From contig NC_086108.1 in assembly GCF_963921235.1 (NCBI RefSeq), forward strand, positions 14,570,001-14,634,000: 64,000 bases of DNA, written 5' to 3'. The DNA is from Mobula hypostoma (Eukaryota). Under the pieces are notes generated by a model that had not been told where the DNA came from, searched no databases, and saw only the letters and a program-made list of their open reading frames with translations. Of the stretch, positions 11,840 through 24,362 are shown one piece after another (within the stretch, counting starts at the first letter, position 1; each line of letters starts with the position of its first letter). The position numbers and the translations under genes are program-made.

Positions 11840-13555
11840 TGTGGGAAGTAGAAAAGTCAAGTAATAAAGGCAATGTAAGGATAGTCATGGTGGATTTCAG
11901 TGTGCAGGTGGATTGGAAAGATCAGGTTGGTGTTGGATCCCAAGAGGGGGAATTTGTAGATTGCCTTCCAGATGGCTTTTTCGAGCAGCTGTGGTTGAAT
12001 GGCAATTCTTTTTTGGGTATTGTGTAATAATTGTCTCAGTATTGCAGAGGAGTAAAGGGAATTGCAGAGGCATGACAGAGGAGCTGGCCAAAGTTGATTG
12101 GAAGGGATTACTAGAAGGGATGATGGCAACATTGCAATGGCTGGAGTTTGTGGAAGCAATTCAGAAGGTGCAGGTTAGATACATGCTAAAAATGAAGGAA
12201 TATTCAAAAGAGTGGACAAGGCATCTGTGAATGACAAGGGAAATAAAAGACAGCATTAAAGCAAAAGAGAAGACATATAATGTAGCAAAAGTTAGAGGAT
12301 TGGGAAGCTTTTAAGAAACAACCATAGGCAACTAAAAAAACCATAAGGAGAGAAAAGATGAATTATGCAGGTAAGCTAGCCAAAAATATCAAAGGGGATA
12401 CTAAAATAAATATAAAGTGTAAAAGAGAGGCAAGAGCGGATATCAGACGGCTGGAAAATGACGCTGAAGAGGTAGTACTGGGGGACAAAGAAATGGCGGA
12501 CGAACAATAAGTATTTTGCATCAGTCCCCACTGCGGAAGACACTAGCAGTATACCAGAAGTTGGAGAGCGTCTGGGGGCAGAAGTGAGGGTAGTTGCTAT
12601 TACTAAGTAGAATGTGTTTGGAAAGCTGAAAAGTCGTGATGGTAGATAAGTCACCTGGACCAGATTGAGCACACCCAGAGTTCTGAATGAGGTAGCTGAG
12701 GAGCTTATGGAGGGATTAGTAATGATCTTTCAAGAATTACTCTTTTCTGGAATGGTTCTGGAGGACTGAAAAATTGCAAATGTCACTGCACTCTTAAGAA
12801 GGGAGGGATGCAGAAGAAAGGAAATTATAGGCCAATTAACCTGTCTTCAGTTGTTGGGAAGATGTTGGAATCCGTTGTTAAGGATGAGGACTCTGGGTAC
12901 TTGGAGGTGCATGAAGTAGGCCAAAGTCAGGATGGTTTCCTTATGAGGAAGTTTTGCCTGACAAATCTGTTGGAAATCTTTGAGGAAGTAACAGGCAGGA
13001 TGGACGAAGGAGAGTCAGTGGATGTTGTTTACTTGGATTTTCAGAAGGTCTTTGACAAGGTGCCGCACAGCAGGCTGCTTAGCAAGATAAGAGCCCATGG
13101 TAATACAGGAAAAATACTAACATGGATAGAAGATTAGCTGATTGGCCGGAGGCAAAGAGTTGGAAAAGGGGGCCTGTTCTGGTTGGTTGCTTGTGACAAA
13201 TAGTGTTCCACAGAGGTTGGTATTAGAACTGCTTCTTTTCACATTTTATGTCAATGATTTGGATGAGAGAATTAATGGTTTTCTGGCCAAGCTTGCAGAC
13301 GATACAAAAATAGGTGGAGGAGCATGTAACTGAGGAAACAGGGAGTCTGCAGAAGGAATTAGACGGATTGGGAGATTGGGCAAAAAAGTGGCAGATGGAA
13401 TATAGCATAGGGAATTTATTTGGTCATGCACTTTGGTTGAAGGAATAAAAGTAGGGTCTGTCTTCTAAATGGGAAGAGAATTCAAAGATCAGAGGAGCAA
13501 AGGGATTTGGGAGTCCTTGTGCTGGATCCCCTAAAAGTTAACATGCAGGTTGAGC
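11840..13555 (+). mobile_element. CR1 LINE ORF2 fragment
   Basis: NYRPINLSSVVGKMLE, VVYLDFQKVFDKVPH, LADDTK. Confidence 0.9.
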
Positions 13556-13559
13556 ACTA

Positions 13560-14081
13560 CCATGTACTATCCCATACTCTAAGTTCATCACCCTTGTTTC
13601 TGATACCTCATGCATTAAGATAGGCATACTTCAACCCATCATACTGATCAAAATGTTGCTCTATCAACTGCTTATCCTTCCTCAAAGTCTCTCTACGTGC
13701 AGTGTCTACCTGCTGCCAACTGCCCCATTCTCCGACCTGTCATTGTGGTTCCTATCCCCTGCCAATCTAGTCTAAAGGTTCTAGCAAATCTGTCCACGGG
13801 GATATTGGTCGCCCTCAATTTCAGGTGTAAGCCATCATTTTTGTACAGGTCATACCTTCCCCAGAAGAGATCCCAATAGTCCACAAATCTGAAACTCTGC
13901 CCCCTGCACAAATTCCTCAGCCACACATTCATCTATCAAATCATCCTATTCTAACAATCACTGGCATGTGGCACAGGCTGGAATCCAGGGATACTACCAT
14001 TGAGGTTCTGCTTTTCAGCTTTCTACCCATATTCTTTCATCAGGACTTTATCCTTTTTCCTATCCATGTCATCGGTACAAA
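13560..14081 (-). mobile_element. CR1 ORF1 (SGNH esterase-like) fragment; related pieces continue at ~15720-16470
   Basis: ORF 13693-13932: NVWLRNLCRGQSFRFVDYWDLFWGRYDLYKNDGLHL. Confidence 0.75.
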
Positions 14082-14083
14082 TA

Positions 14084-15705
14084 CAGTGGTATGCAAAAGT
14101 TTGGGCACCCCTGGTCAAAATTCCTGTTCTGTGAATAGCTAAGCAAGTAAAAGATGAACTGATTTCCAAGAGGCATAAAGTTAAAGATGACACATTTCTT
14201 TAATATTTTAAGCAAGAAAACTTTTTAATTTCCATCTTTTACAGTTTCAAAATAACAAAAAAGGAAAAGGGCCCGAAGCAAAAATTTGGGCACCCTGCAT
14301 GGTCAGTACTTAGTAACACCCTCTTTGCAAGTATCACAGCTTGTAAACACTTATTGTAGCCATCTAGGAGTCTTTCAATTCTTGTTTGGGGGATTTTCGC
14401 CCATTCTTCCTTACAAAAGGCTTCTAGTTCTGTGAGATTCTTGGGCCATCTTGCATGCACTGCTCTTTTGAGGTCTATCCACAGATTCTCGATAATATTT
14501 AGGTCAGGGGACAGTGAGGGCCATGGCAAAACCTTCAGCTTGCACCTCTCGAGGTAGTCCATTGTGGATTTTGAGGTGTATTTAAGTTCATTATCCTGTC
14601 GTAGAAGCCATCCTCTTTTCACCTTCAGCTTTTTTTCTTTTACAGATGGTGTGATGTTTGCTTCCAGAATTTGCTGGTATTTAATTAAATTCATTCTTCC
14701 CTCTACCAGTAACTGTTCCCCGTGCCACTGGCTGCAACACAAGCCCAAAGCATGATCGATCCACCCCTATGCTTAACAGTTGGAGAGGTGTTCTTTTCAT
14801 GAAATTCTCCACCCTTTTTTCTCCAAACATACCTTTGCTCATTGCAGCCAAAAAGTTCAATTCAAAAGGTTCAAAGGGACATCTAAACAAGCCTGATTCA
14901 TTTTGGAAACAAGTCCTTTGGACTGTTGAAGTTAAAATAGAACTTTTTGGCCATAATGAGCAAAGGTATGTTTGGAGAAAAAAGGGTACAGAATTTCATG
15001 AAAAGAATCCCTCTCTAACTGTTAAGCATGGGGGTGGATCGATCATGCTTTGGGCTTGTGTTGCAGCCAGTGTCATGGGGAGCATTTACTGGTAGAGGGA
15101 AGAATGAATTCAATTAAATACCAGCAAATTCTGGAAGCAAGCATCACACCATCTGTAAAAAAGCTGAAGATGAAAAGAGGATGGCTTCTACAACAGGATA
15201 ATGAACCTAAACACACTTCAAAATCCACAATGGACTACCTCAAGAGGCGCAAGCTGAAGGTTTTGCCATGGCCCTCACTGTCCCCTGACCTAAACATCAT
15301 CAAGAATCTGTGGATAGACCGCAAAAGAGCAGTGCATGCAAGACAGCCCAAGAATCTCACAGAACTAGAAGCCTTTTGTAAGGAAGAGTGGGCAAAAATC
15401 CCCCAAACAAGAATTGAAAGACTCTTTGCTGGCTACAAAAAGCAATTACAAGCTGTGATACTTGTCAAAAGGGGTGTTACTAAGTACTGCCATGCAGGGT
15501 GCCCAAACTTTTGCTTTGGGCCCTTTTCCTTTTTTGTTATTTTGAAACTGTAAAAGATGGAAATAAAGTTTTCTTGCCTAAAATATTAAAGAAATGTGTC
15601 ATCTTTAACTTTATGCCTTTTGGAAATCAGTTCATCTTTTACTCACTTAGCTATTCACAGTAACAGAAATTTTGACCAGGTGTGCCCAAACTTTTGCATG
15701 CCACT
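14084..15705. mobile_element. Fold-back Tc1/mariner derivative (two inverted copies of the 3' half)
   Basis: TA|CAGTGGTATGCAAAAGTTTGGGCAC left TIR and matching right end; ORFs 14239-14748(-) and 15050-15553(+) encode near-identical DDE fragments (QDNEPKH, WPSLSPDLN). Confidence 0.92.
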
Positions 15706-16619
15706 TAACTTCTAGCTTAAGGTACTTCATGTACCTTAACTTCTAGCTACTCACCCTCTCCCTTTAGAAAGCTGTGGACCTGATCTGAGACATTCCTGAC
15801 CTTGTTACCTGGGAGGCAACATACCATCTGGATGTCTCTTTCACAGCTGCAGAATCTCCTGTCTCCCCCTGTCTAACTATTGAACCCCCTATCAACACTG
15901 AGCTCTTCTTCTGCCCCTTCCCTTCTGAGACTCATGCCAGACACCTGCCTTTGTTGTTCTACCTATATTGTTTCTTTCAACATGTACAACGACCTCTGGC
16001 TGTTCACCCTCCTCTTCGAGAATGTTCTGAACTCACTCAGGTACACCATCTTGACCGTGCTTAACCCTGGCACACTGTCCTGGGGTTAGTTCTGCGGCCA
16101 CAGAATCTCCTATCTTTTCCCTTCATCGTTAAGTCTCTTATCACTATCAGCCTGTCAGACGGCTTTCCTCAGCGTTGGTCATAGAACCTGGCTGCTGCTA
16201 CTAGCCCCTAAAAGAACAGCCCCTCTCAACAGTATCCAAAGGAGTGAGGGGAATTGTCACTCCTCTTACTTCTGGTGGCCACCCATCTATATGACCATAT
16301 CAGTAAAGTTCGCATTTATGAAGCTCTCAACTTCCTGAATGATCCTGAGTACATCCAACCCCAGCTCCAGTTCCTTGACCCAGTCTGACAAGAGCTGCAG
16401 TTGGGTGCACTTCCTATACGAGTAGTCACCAGAGAGATTGTGAGGTTCCTTGACTTCCTATATCTTGCAGGAGGAGCATCTGATCAGAGACCAGCACTAG
16501 TAGCCCTCTATGTTGCTGCTTCACCCCCTCCAGTAGCTGTCTATCTTTGCCTTCCCCTCCCCCACCTCACTCCACATGCCCTTTTTTCTTCATTTATCCA
16601 TCATCCATCTGCCTGCTTC

Positions 16620-18260
16620 TCTCAGACACCAGCAATATGATGGAGGTTCCAGGTGTTAGGGGTCATGAAGTACGTGAAGTTACTATTTCTAGAGAGATGG
16701 TTCTTGGGAAACTGAAAGGTCTGAAGGTAGATAAGTCACCTGGACCAGATAGTGTACACCCCTGGGTTCTGAAAGAGATGGCTGAAGAGATTGGGGAGGC
16801 ATTAATAATGATCTTTTAAGAATCACTAGATTCTGGAATGGTTCCAGAATACTGGAAAATCACAAATGTGCCCCACTCTTCAAGAATGGAGAGAGGCAGA
16901 AGAAAGGAAACTATAGGCCAATTAATCGGACCTCAGTGGTTGGGAAGATATTGGAGTTGATTATTCAGGACGAAGTCTCACAGTACTTAGAGGCACCTGA
17001 TAAAATAGGCCATAGTCAGCATGGTTTCCTCAAGGGATAATCTTGTCTGACAAATCTGTTGGAATTCTTTGAAGAAATAACAAGCAGGATAGACAAAGGA
17101 GAATAGATTGATGTTGTGTACTTGGTTTTTCAGAAGACCTTTGACAAAGTGCAACACATGAGGAAGCTGAACAAGTTACAAGCACAAGGTATTACAGGAA
17201 AGATTCTAGCATGGATAAAGTAGTGGCTGATTAGCAGGAGGCAAAGAGTAAGAATAAAGGGAGCCTTTCCTGACTGGCTGCTGTTAACTACTGGTATTCC
17301 ACTGGGTTCTGTGTTGGGATCAGTTCTTTTTACATTATATGTCAATGATTTGCTTGATGGAGTTGATGGCTTTATTGGAAAGTTTGCAGACGATATGAAG
17401 ATAGGAGGGGTAAGTAGTTTTGAGGAAGTAGAGAGGCTACAGAAGGACCGACAGATTAGGAGAATGGGCAAAGAAATGGCAGATGGAATATAGTGTTGAG
17501 AAGTTTATGGTCATGCACTTTCATAGAAGAAATGAAAGGGTAAACTATTTTCTAATTTGAGAGAAAATACAAAAATTTGAGGCACAAAGGGACTTGGGAG
17601 TCCTTGTGCAGAATTCCCAAAAGGTTAATTTGCAGGTTGAGGAAGGCAAATGCGATGTTAGCATTCATTTCAAGAGAATTAGAATATAAAAGCAAAGATG
17701 TAATGTTGAGACTTTATAGAGCACTGAGTTTTGGAGTATTGTGAGTAGTTTTGGGTCCCCTCTCTTGAAAGAATATGCTAAAACTGGTGAAGGTTCAAAG
17801 GAGGTTCATGAAAATGATTCCAGGATTGAATGGCTTGTTGTATGAAGAGTGTTTGATGGCTCTGGGCCTGTATTTATTAGAATTCAGAAGAGTGAGGGCT
17901 GACCTAATTGAAACCTATTGAATGGTGAAAGGCCTTGATAGAGTGGATATGGAGAGGATATTTTCTGTGGTGGGAGAGTCTAAGACCAGAGGACACAGTC
18001 TCAGAATAGAATGGAGATGAGGAGGAATTTCTTTAGCCAGAGAGTAGTGAATCTGTGGATTTTTTTGCCACAGGCAGCTGTGGAGGCAAGCCTTTATGTA
18101 TATTTAAGGCAAGGGTTGATAGATACAGGGCATGAAGGAATAGATGGAGAAGGCAGGAGATTGGGGCTGAGAGGAAAATTGTATCAGCCATGATGAAATG
18201 GCGGAGTAGACGCAATAGACCAAATGGCCCAATTCTGCTCCTATATCTTTTGGACTTATG
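16620..18260 (+). mobile_element. CR1 LINE, RT to 3' end
   Basis: KSPGPD, FADDMK, RRNFFSQRVVNLW, 3' tail. Confidence 0.9.
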
Positions 18261-18489
18261 GACAAAGCCCAAAAGGGTGGCCAGTTGGGGTTGGATGGAG
18301 GGGGTCACTGTTTGAAAGAAAGCATCAGCTATTTAAGAGTTGTGAGGTGAGATTCTTTTTCTCAGATGGTCATGAATGTTTGGGCCTCTCTTCCTCAAAG
18401 GAGAATGGAAGCAGAGTCCTTGAATATTGTGTAACATAGTGGTAAATAGGCTCTTGTTAAGCAAAGAGATGAAAAATCACTGGTGATAA

Positions 18490-18960
18490 TACCAGCAGAT
18501 ATAGAAGCAGAATTAGGTCAATCGGCCCATTGAGTCTGCTACACCATTTAATAATGGCTATTTTTTTTAGATCTCAACCCCGTTTTCCCAGCTTTCCCCC
18601 TTAACATTCTCTGTCTTAGGTACATCCAATGACTTGGCCTGCACAGCTGTCTGTGGCAACAAATTCCACAGATTAATCATGCTCAGGCTGAAAAGAATTC
18701 ACCTAATCTCAGTGCCTTTATTCTGAGGCTGAATGCTGGACTCTTCTACTTATTGAAATATCTTCTCTATGTCCATTCTAATTAGGACTTACCCTGGCTT
18801 TCAACAAGTCCTCCCACTCATTGTTCTGAACTTCATTGAGAGACATCAAATATTCCTCATTCCTTGAATCATTTTTCTGAACCTCCTCTGGACCTTTTTC
18901 CAGGGCCAGCATGTCTTTCCTTTGATACAGGGCTCAAAATATTCCAAGTATTGTGTGACG
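18490..18960 (-). mobile_element. Decayed CR1 3' fragment
   Basis: Similar to the minus-strand CR1 at 3325-3860. Confidence 0.7.
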
Positions 18961-19658
18961 ATCCTGTGATAGACAGGAATGTGAAGCTAGAATTACATCA
19001 GTATGGGCCTCGATCTTATTAAACGTTGAGCAGGCCCCAGAAGCCAGTTGTCCTACTCCCCTAGTTCAGGTGCTATTAGAGGTATAATTTCTCAAATTCT
19101 TGATAATTAGTCAACAATTATCATTACTAATGATGTAACAATCAGCACATGACAGGTATCAATACTGTCAAATCATGTTTACATTTACAAAAGTTTTTAG
19201 AGAAGGGAAAGAGTACATTAAGTTGGAAGTGTGGCAAATTACGATTAACTTTACATGACAAAATGATAAGTGAGAAAGGGATTTGTGTGTCCTGGATACA
19301 GGAATTTGAGAAAAGAGATTTGAGTCTCTCAGATACGAGAATCTGAGTGGAGATTTCGCATATCCTGGAATGTTAGTGAGAGGTTATGTTATCCCAGAAA
19401 CATGTCTACAACGTGATGGCAACTTTCACACACATGTAATTCTGTCAGGTAGCACAGTGATGCAGCCATGAGTGCTACATCAATCTAGGTTTGATCTTGA
19501 CTTATGTAGGTTGCACCTTGTGCTGCCATTCCCCCCCACACCACTAAACCTTGCAGTTTTGTAGGCTTAATTATTTTATATTGATGAGCTCTGCTGTGTG
19601 TGCCAAGGTGCTACCTGTATTAAATGGTATGAGCCATAAAGGGGGGTTGAATAAACTT

Positions 19659-19860
19659 GGCACAAAATAATCTGCAGATGCTGGGGTCAAAGTAACACTC
19701 ACAACATGCTGGAGGAACTCAGCAGGTCGGGCAGCATCCGTGAAAAAGATCGGTCGACGTTTCGGGCCTGACGAAGGGTTCCGGCCCGAAACGTCAACCG
19801 ATCTTTTCCACGGATGCTGCCCGACCTGCTGAGTTCCTCCAGCGTGTTGTGAGTGTTGCT
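19659..19860. mobile_element. Young palindromic Penelope-like mini-element with hammerhead core, inserted in a CR1 fragment
   Basis: TSD TTGAATAAACTT at 19647-19658 and 19861-19872; CpG-rich inverted arms; CTGACGA-A-GGG-TTCCGG-CCC-GAAACGTC at 19768-19795. Confidence 0.85.
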
Positions 19861-20406
19861 TTGAATAAACTTAGGTTGTTTTCTCTCAGGCACTGGAGGC
19901 TGAAGGGAATTGATAAAAGTTTATAAAATTATGAAAGTCATAGTTAGAGAGACGGCCAGGATCTTTTTCCCAGGGTAAATACCATATTTAAGGTGAAAGG
20001 AGATGAATAGGGCAAGTTTTTAATATGCAGAAGTGGTGAGTACCTGGACAGACTGTTGGGGTGATTGTGGCAGCAGACGGTGGTGGCATTTGGGAGGCTA
20101 TTAGATGAATACACAGGAAATGCAGGGATATGGATCATGTACAGGCAGAAGGCATAGTTTATTTGGCAATATGCTTGGCACTGTCATGGTGGGCCAAAGG
20201 GACAATTCCTGTGCTGTTCTGTTGTGTGTTCGTAAAGTAAGTCCGAGGAAATGATGTGAGTTCACAACTAGAAAACAAAGACTAGGAACAAACATGAGAT
20301 GTGAGATGTGAGGGGAGGTATGGAGATCCCTTGCATTGTGTCATTTGTGCTGTGTGTATACTGTACAGTTATTCATTGCCCTTATTGCCTTTCGTGCATC
20401 TTCCAG

Positions 20407-21024
20407 GAGGGAATTCCGGAGGCACAAGCACATGTCTATATGGGAGGCCAGAACCAGTCAGCTGAGGCGACGGATGCAGATGAGCAGCCGTGAGGCTCTC
20501 TTTGCCGAAGCACTGCAGGGGCTGGAGGGCAGCAGGTACCGGAGGCATCGTTCCAGGATCTTCGAAGGCGAAAGTCTCTGGCGGCTGGGTGACCTGCAGG
20601 CCAGGGACACCGATCAGCTGGGAGAGGGCGGCAAGCGAGAAACCTTCAAAAGTCGGTCACTCCGCAATAACTGGCAGCCAGCAGATCCAAGCAAGGAAGA
20701 CGCCTCAATAAAAGTGAATGGAGATCAGGACCACCGGCAGGGCCGAGCTCTCAGCCGCAGCATTGAGGCTAGGCAGAGCTTCAGAATGGCCGAACCTGTC
20801 AGGGCCAAGAGGAGGTACAGGTCTCTCTATAAGGAAGCAAAACTAGGGCTGGAGGAGAGCGCCGAGACCACTCTCAGCCACCGGGCCAGCAAGAGCAAGG
20901 AGGAGGGGCTACTGCAGCGACTTCCTGAGGAGCAGGAGAGCAGCCAGTCCACCCATGGCCCCGAGGGGAAAGATGCTCAACAGCCAATGAAGGCATTCTC
21001 TTGGCAAGGGAAGCCACACACAAG
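20407..21024 (+). CDS. CACNA1E: Large II-III loop exon ([31 protein letters not shown]...WQGKPHT)
   Basis: cttccag acceptor, phase 2 in; GC-rich open frame; [13 protein letters not shown] resembles Cav2.3 HMSVWEQRTSQLR; donor AG|GTTGGC inferred from phase, 3' end less certain. Confidence 0.85.
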
Positions 21025-21219
21025 GTTGGCAATGCCTGAAAGAGATTTTACATTCGTATCTTCCAGGACCACTTGTCAAATTGTCAAGCGGTAGCTGACA
21101 GGCCCACAGTGTGCCACACTTCCCGAACTAGTCTATCCAAGTTTGAACAGGGACAGCATGATGCCTCATTTTCTTCCCATTTCCCTCTCCTTCCTTCTCT
21201 CTATTTCCCTCCATCATCA

Positions 21220-21440
21220 CCTTCTTTTCCCTACATCCTCTCCCTCCTCCCACTGCCTACCCCTCATTCCCTTTACTCTCCCTTAATCCTTCTTCCTCCT
21301 TGCACTCCTCCTGTCTTCCTACTACCTTCTTTTCCCTACATCCTCTCCCTCCTCGAACTGCCTACCCCATTCCCTTTACTCTCCCTCAATCCTTCTTCCT
21401 CCTTGCACTCCTCCTGTCTTCCTACTACCTTCTTTTCCTC
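21220..21440. repeat. Pyrimidine-rich tandem duplication (~104-bp unit, two copies)
   Basis: cttcttttccctacatcctctccctcctc...ctcctgtcttcctactac occurs twice in tandem. Confidence 0.85.
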
Positions 21441-22629
21441 CTCCTCCTCCCCATCTCACTCTTTTAGAGGGCATAGATTTTAGGTGATAGGGGATTTAAA
21501 AACAACTTGAGGGGTAATTTTTTCCTCCCAGAGGGTGGTGGGTATATGGAATGAACTGCCAGAAAAAATGGCTGAAGCAGGTACAATAACAACACTTGGA
21601 CAGTACATGAAGAGGAAAGGCTTAGAGCAGGAGTTCCTAGCCTTTTTTTTAATGTCATACACCAATATCTTTAAGCAAGGGATTGGTGGGCCCCAGGCTG
21701 GAATCCCCTGGTTTAGAGGGATATGGGCTAAATGCAGGCAAATGGGACGAGCACTATTTCAGGCAGACATCACGATTGACATGGATGAGCTGGGCCAAAG
21801 AGTCTGTTTCCAAGCTGTATAACTCTGTGGCCCCTGGTCAGAGGATGATGATCTGGGGCAATTTCTGTGGTCTGACACCAGTCAGGTCCCAGGGGTGCAG
21901 GACTAGAGAATTCTAATCTGTTTAAATCTGTTTTTATGCTTACTGTCTGCACCAGCCAATTTTAATGATCAACCCACCTTCCCCTCTCACCACTGGTTCC
22001 CGACTGCTCACCAGTTATAAAGTACTCTCTCCTGTCCTTATGACGTCCGACATGGATAAACGCACTTCTGCCTGAGGTGGATCCATTTGTCACCAACTTT
22101 GCGATTCTCTCTATCCAGTAATCATTTAATTATTCCCTTTCTATGCCACTCACTTTGGTGCCATTAGCATACTTGGGTACTTGGCTTGCACTTCCATTAC
22201 CTCCAGCAGGCGGAAGTGAAGTCAGGCTCCATTTCACATTCAGCCCTTCTTAAGGAACCAGATGGCTGTGAGAGTTACATCTGCAAGGCCCCATTGTCTC
22301 CTGTTAATTGTAAAATATCAACATGAAATAGTACAGTACATAATGAATAGCATGTGTGCTCACCCACAAGAACTAACATCTTCTAATGATATCTGTCAAT
22401 AAGTTTATTCTTATTGTAAACACAGTAAATATTGTTCTGTGCTATTGTCTTTCTGTCAAAATCATTCCAACTTTATCATGGTCAGAACTATATTTGAGCC
22501 TTCTCCATTTTAAGGTTATAAAATCTTAGCTTACTTATGGAGGCCAACAAGCAGAAAGGTGAGGGACTCTTGCAGAAGTTGAGGGAGGAAAGGAAGTTGA
22601 CTGAAATGGTCTCACATGTCTCCACACAG

Positions 22630-22928
22630 CTCGACCAATCGAACTCTTGGTGCAGACACAAGCTCATCCAGCAGGCAAGTGGAGAAAGACTGTACCAGTG
22701 TGCCTGAGAGTGAAAAAGTTGACAATGCAAAGAACAGCAAGCAGGTGAATGAACAAACCAGCTTGTTAAACATGCAGCTGGATCTACAAACCACTCAAAC
22801 ATCCGCAGGAGAGAAGGAGCTGACCACCAGTTCCAGGGACATAGAGCAGGACAAGGCACAGGAGCAGACAGAGATTGATATAGACTGTGAAAACACGGAG
22901 ACACCCATGGATTCCCTCGTCACACCAG
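22630..22928 (+). CDS. CACNA1E: II-III loop exon ([10 protein letters not shown]...[13 protein letters not shown]...TPMDSLVTP)
   Basis: ctccacacag acceptor is the first phase-compatible AG after an in-frame stop at 22598; CAG|GTAGGA donor, phase 1, fits the next exon; [11 protein letters not shown] resembles Cav2.3 EQALLGNVQLD. Confidence 0.8.
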
Positions 22929-22959
22929 GTAGGACCTCTATGGTGTCAGAAATGGGACT

Positions 22960-24240
22960 AGAGAGGGAATCATTGAAATGGTCTAAGAGAACTTCACAAA
23001 AGTGTTTAATATCAGGCTTACTTGGAGACACAAAAAAATAGGCCAAGGTCAGCATAGTTTCCTTAAGGGGAAAACTTGACTGACAAATCTGTTGGAATTC
23101 TTTGAGGGAATAGGATAAACAAAGGAGAGTAAAGGTGCCAGATATGACCCTGCTAAACAAGATAAAAGTCCATTGTATTACAGTACTTGCATGAATGGAA
23201 AACTGGCTGACTGGCAGGAAGCAACAGGTGGGAATAAAGGGGTGCTTTCTGGTTGGTTGCCAGTAACTAGTGGTGTTCCGCAGAGGTTGGTGTTGGGACT
23301 ATTTCATTTCATATTATATGTCAATGATTTGGATGATGGAATTAGTTGCTTTGTGGCCAAGTTTGTGGACAATATGAAGATAGGTGGAGGGGCAAGTAGT
23401 GTTGAAGAAGCAGGGAATTTGCAGAAGGATTTGAACAGATTAGGAAAATGGACAAAGAGGTGGCAGATTGAATATAGTGTTGGAAAGTGAATGATCTTGC
23501 ACTTTGGCAGAGGAATAAATGTTGGTGGTGAGGAAGACAGATGCAATGTTAGCATTCATTTCAAGAGTACTAGAATATAAAAGCAAAGATGTAATGCTGA
23601 GACTTTTAAGGCATTGGTCAGACTGCACTTTGAGTAATGTGAGCAATTTTGGGCCCAATATCTAAGAAAGGATGTCCATGCATTTGAGAGGGTCAACAGG
23701 AAGTTCACAAGAATAATCCCAGGAATGAAAGAGTTAACATATGAGAAGAATTTGATGGCTTGCTGGAGTTTAAAAAAATTAAAGGGGATCTCATTGGAAT
23801 CTATCAAAAAATGAAAGGTCTAGTTAGAGTGGATATGGAGAGGATGTTTACTATTGTAGGGGCATTTAGGATCAGAGGGCACAGCTACAAAACACAAGGA
23901 TGTCCCTTTAAAACAGTGATAATGAGGAATTTCTTTGGTCAGAGCGTGGTGAATCTGTACAATTCATTGCCACAGATGGCTCTGGAGGCCAAGTCATTGA
24001 GTATATTTAAAGCAGAGGTTGATATTAGATTAGACTATGAGGACACTCAATCCTCGTTTATTGTCATTTAGAAATGCATGCATTAAAAAATGATACAATG
24101 TTCCTCCAGAATGACATGTTCTTGATTGGTCAGGATGTTAAAGGTCACGACAAGAAAACAGGAGAATGGGTTTGAGAAGGATAATATATCAGCCATGAGG
24201 CCAAATGGCCTAATACTGCTCTTATATCTGGTCTTATGGA
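22960..24240 (+). mobile_element. CR1 LINE RT/3' fragment starting ~30 nt after an exon donor
   Basis: VTSGVPQ, FVDNMK, RNFFGQSVVNLYNSLP. Confidence 0.88.
24025..24113 (-). mobile_element. Short 5'-truncated LINE end with a (TCTAA)n tail; second copy at ~44147-44215
   Basis: attagattaga-ctatgaggacactca-tcctc-tttattgtcatttagaaatgcatgcattaa shared by both sites. Confidence 0.65.
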
Positions 24241-24362
24241 TTCAGTGAGCATCTTGAATGCTGCAATAGAGGCAGATCACTTTCTCTGAAAAGTGTGAAG
24301 TGATTTACTTTGAAAGGTTCAATTTGAAGGCAGAATATGTGGTAGTGGCAGGATTCTTAGCA

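Noticed and set aside
19398..19448. AG...GT-bounded segment as a candidate cassette exon in the II-III loop intron
   Set aside because: In-frame TGA and no similarity to the HMSxWE motif.
20336..21094. 252-aa ORF as a stand-alone gene
   Set aside because: It is an internal channel exon plus intronic read-through.
22515..22558. Candidate small exon (ttttaag|...AAAG|GTGAGG) upstream of exon 22630
   Set aside because: Gives an immediate in-frame TAA; the alternative acceptor at 22530 is out of phase; no protein similarity. A poison-exon role cannot be supported without reads.
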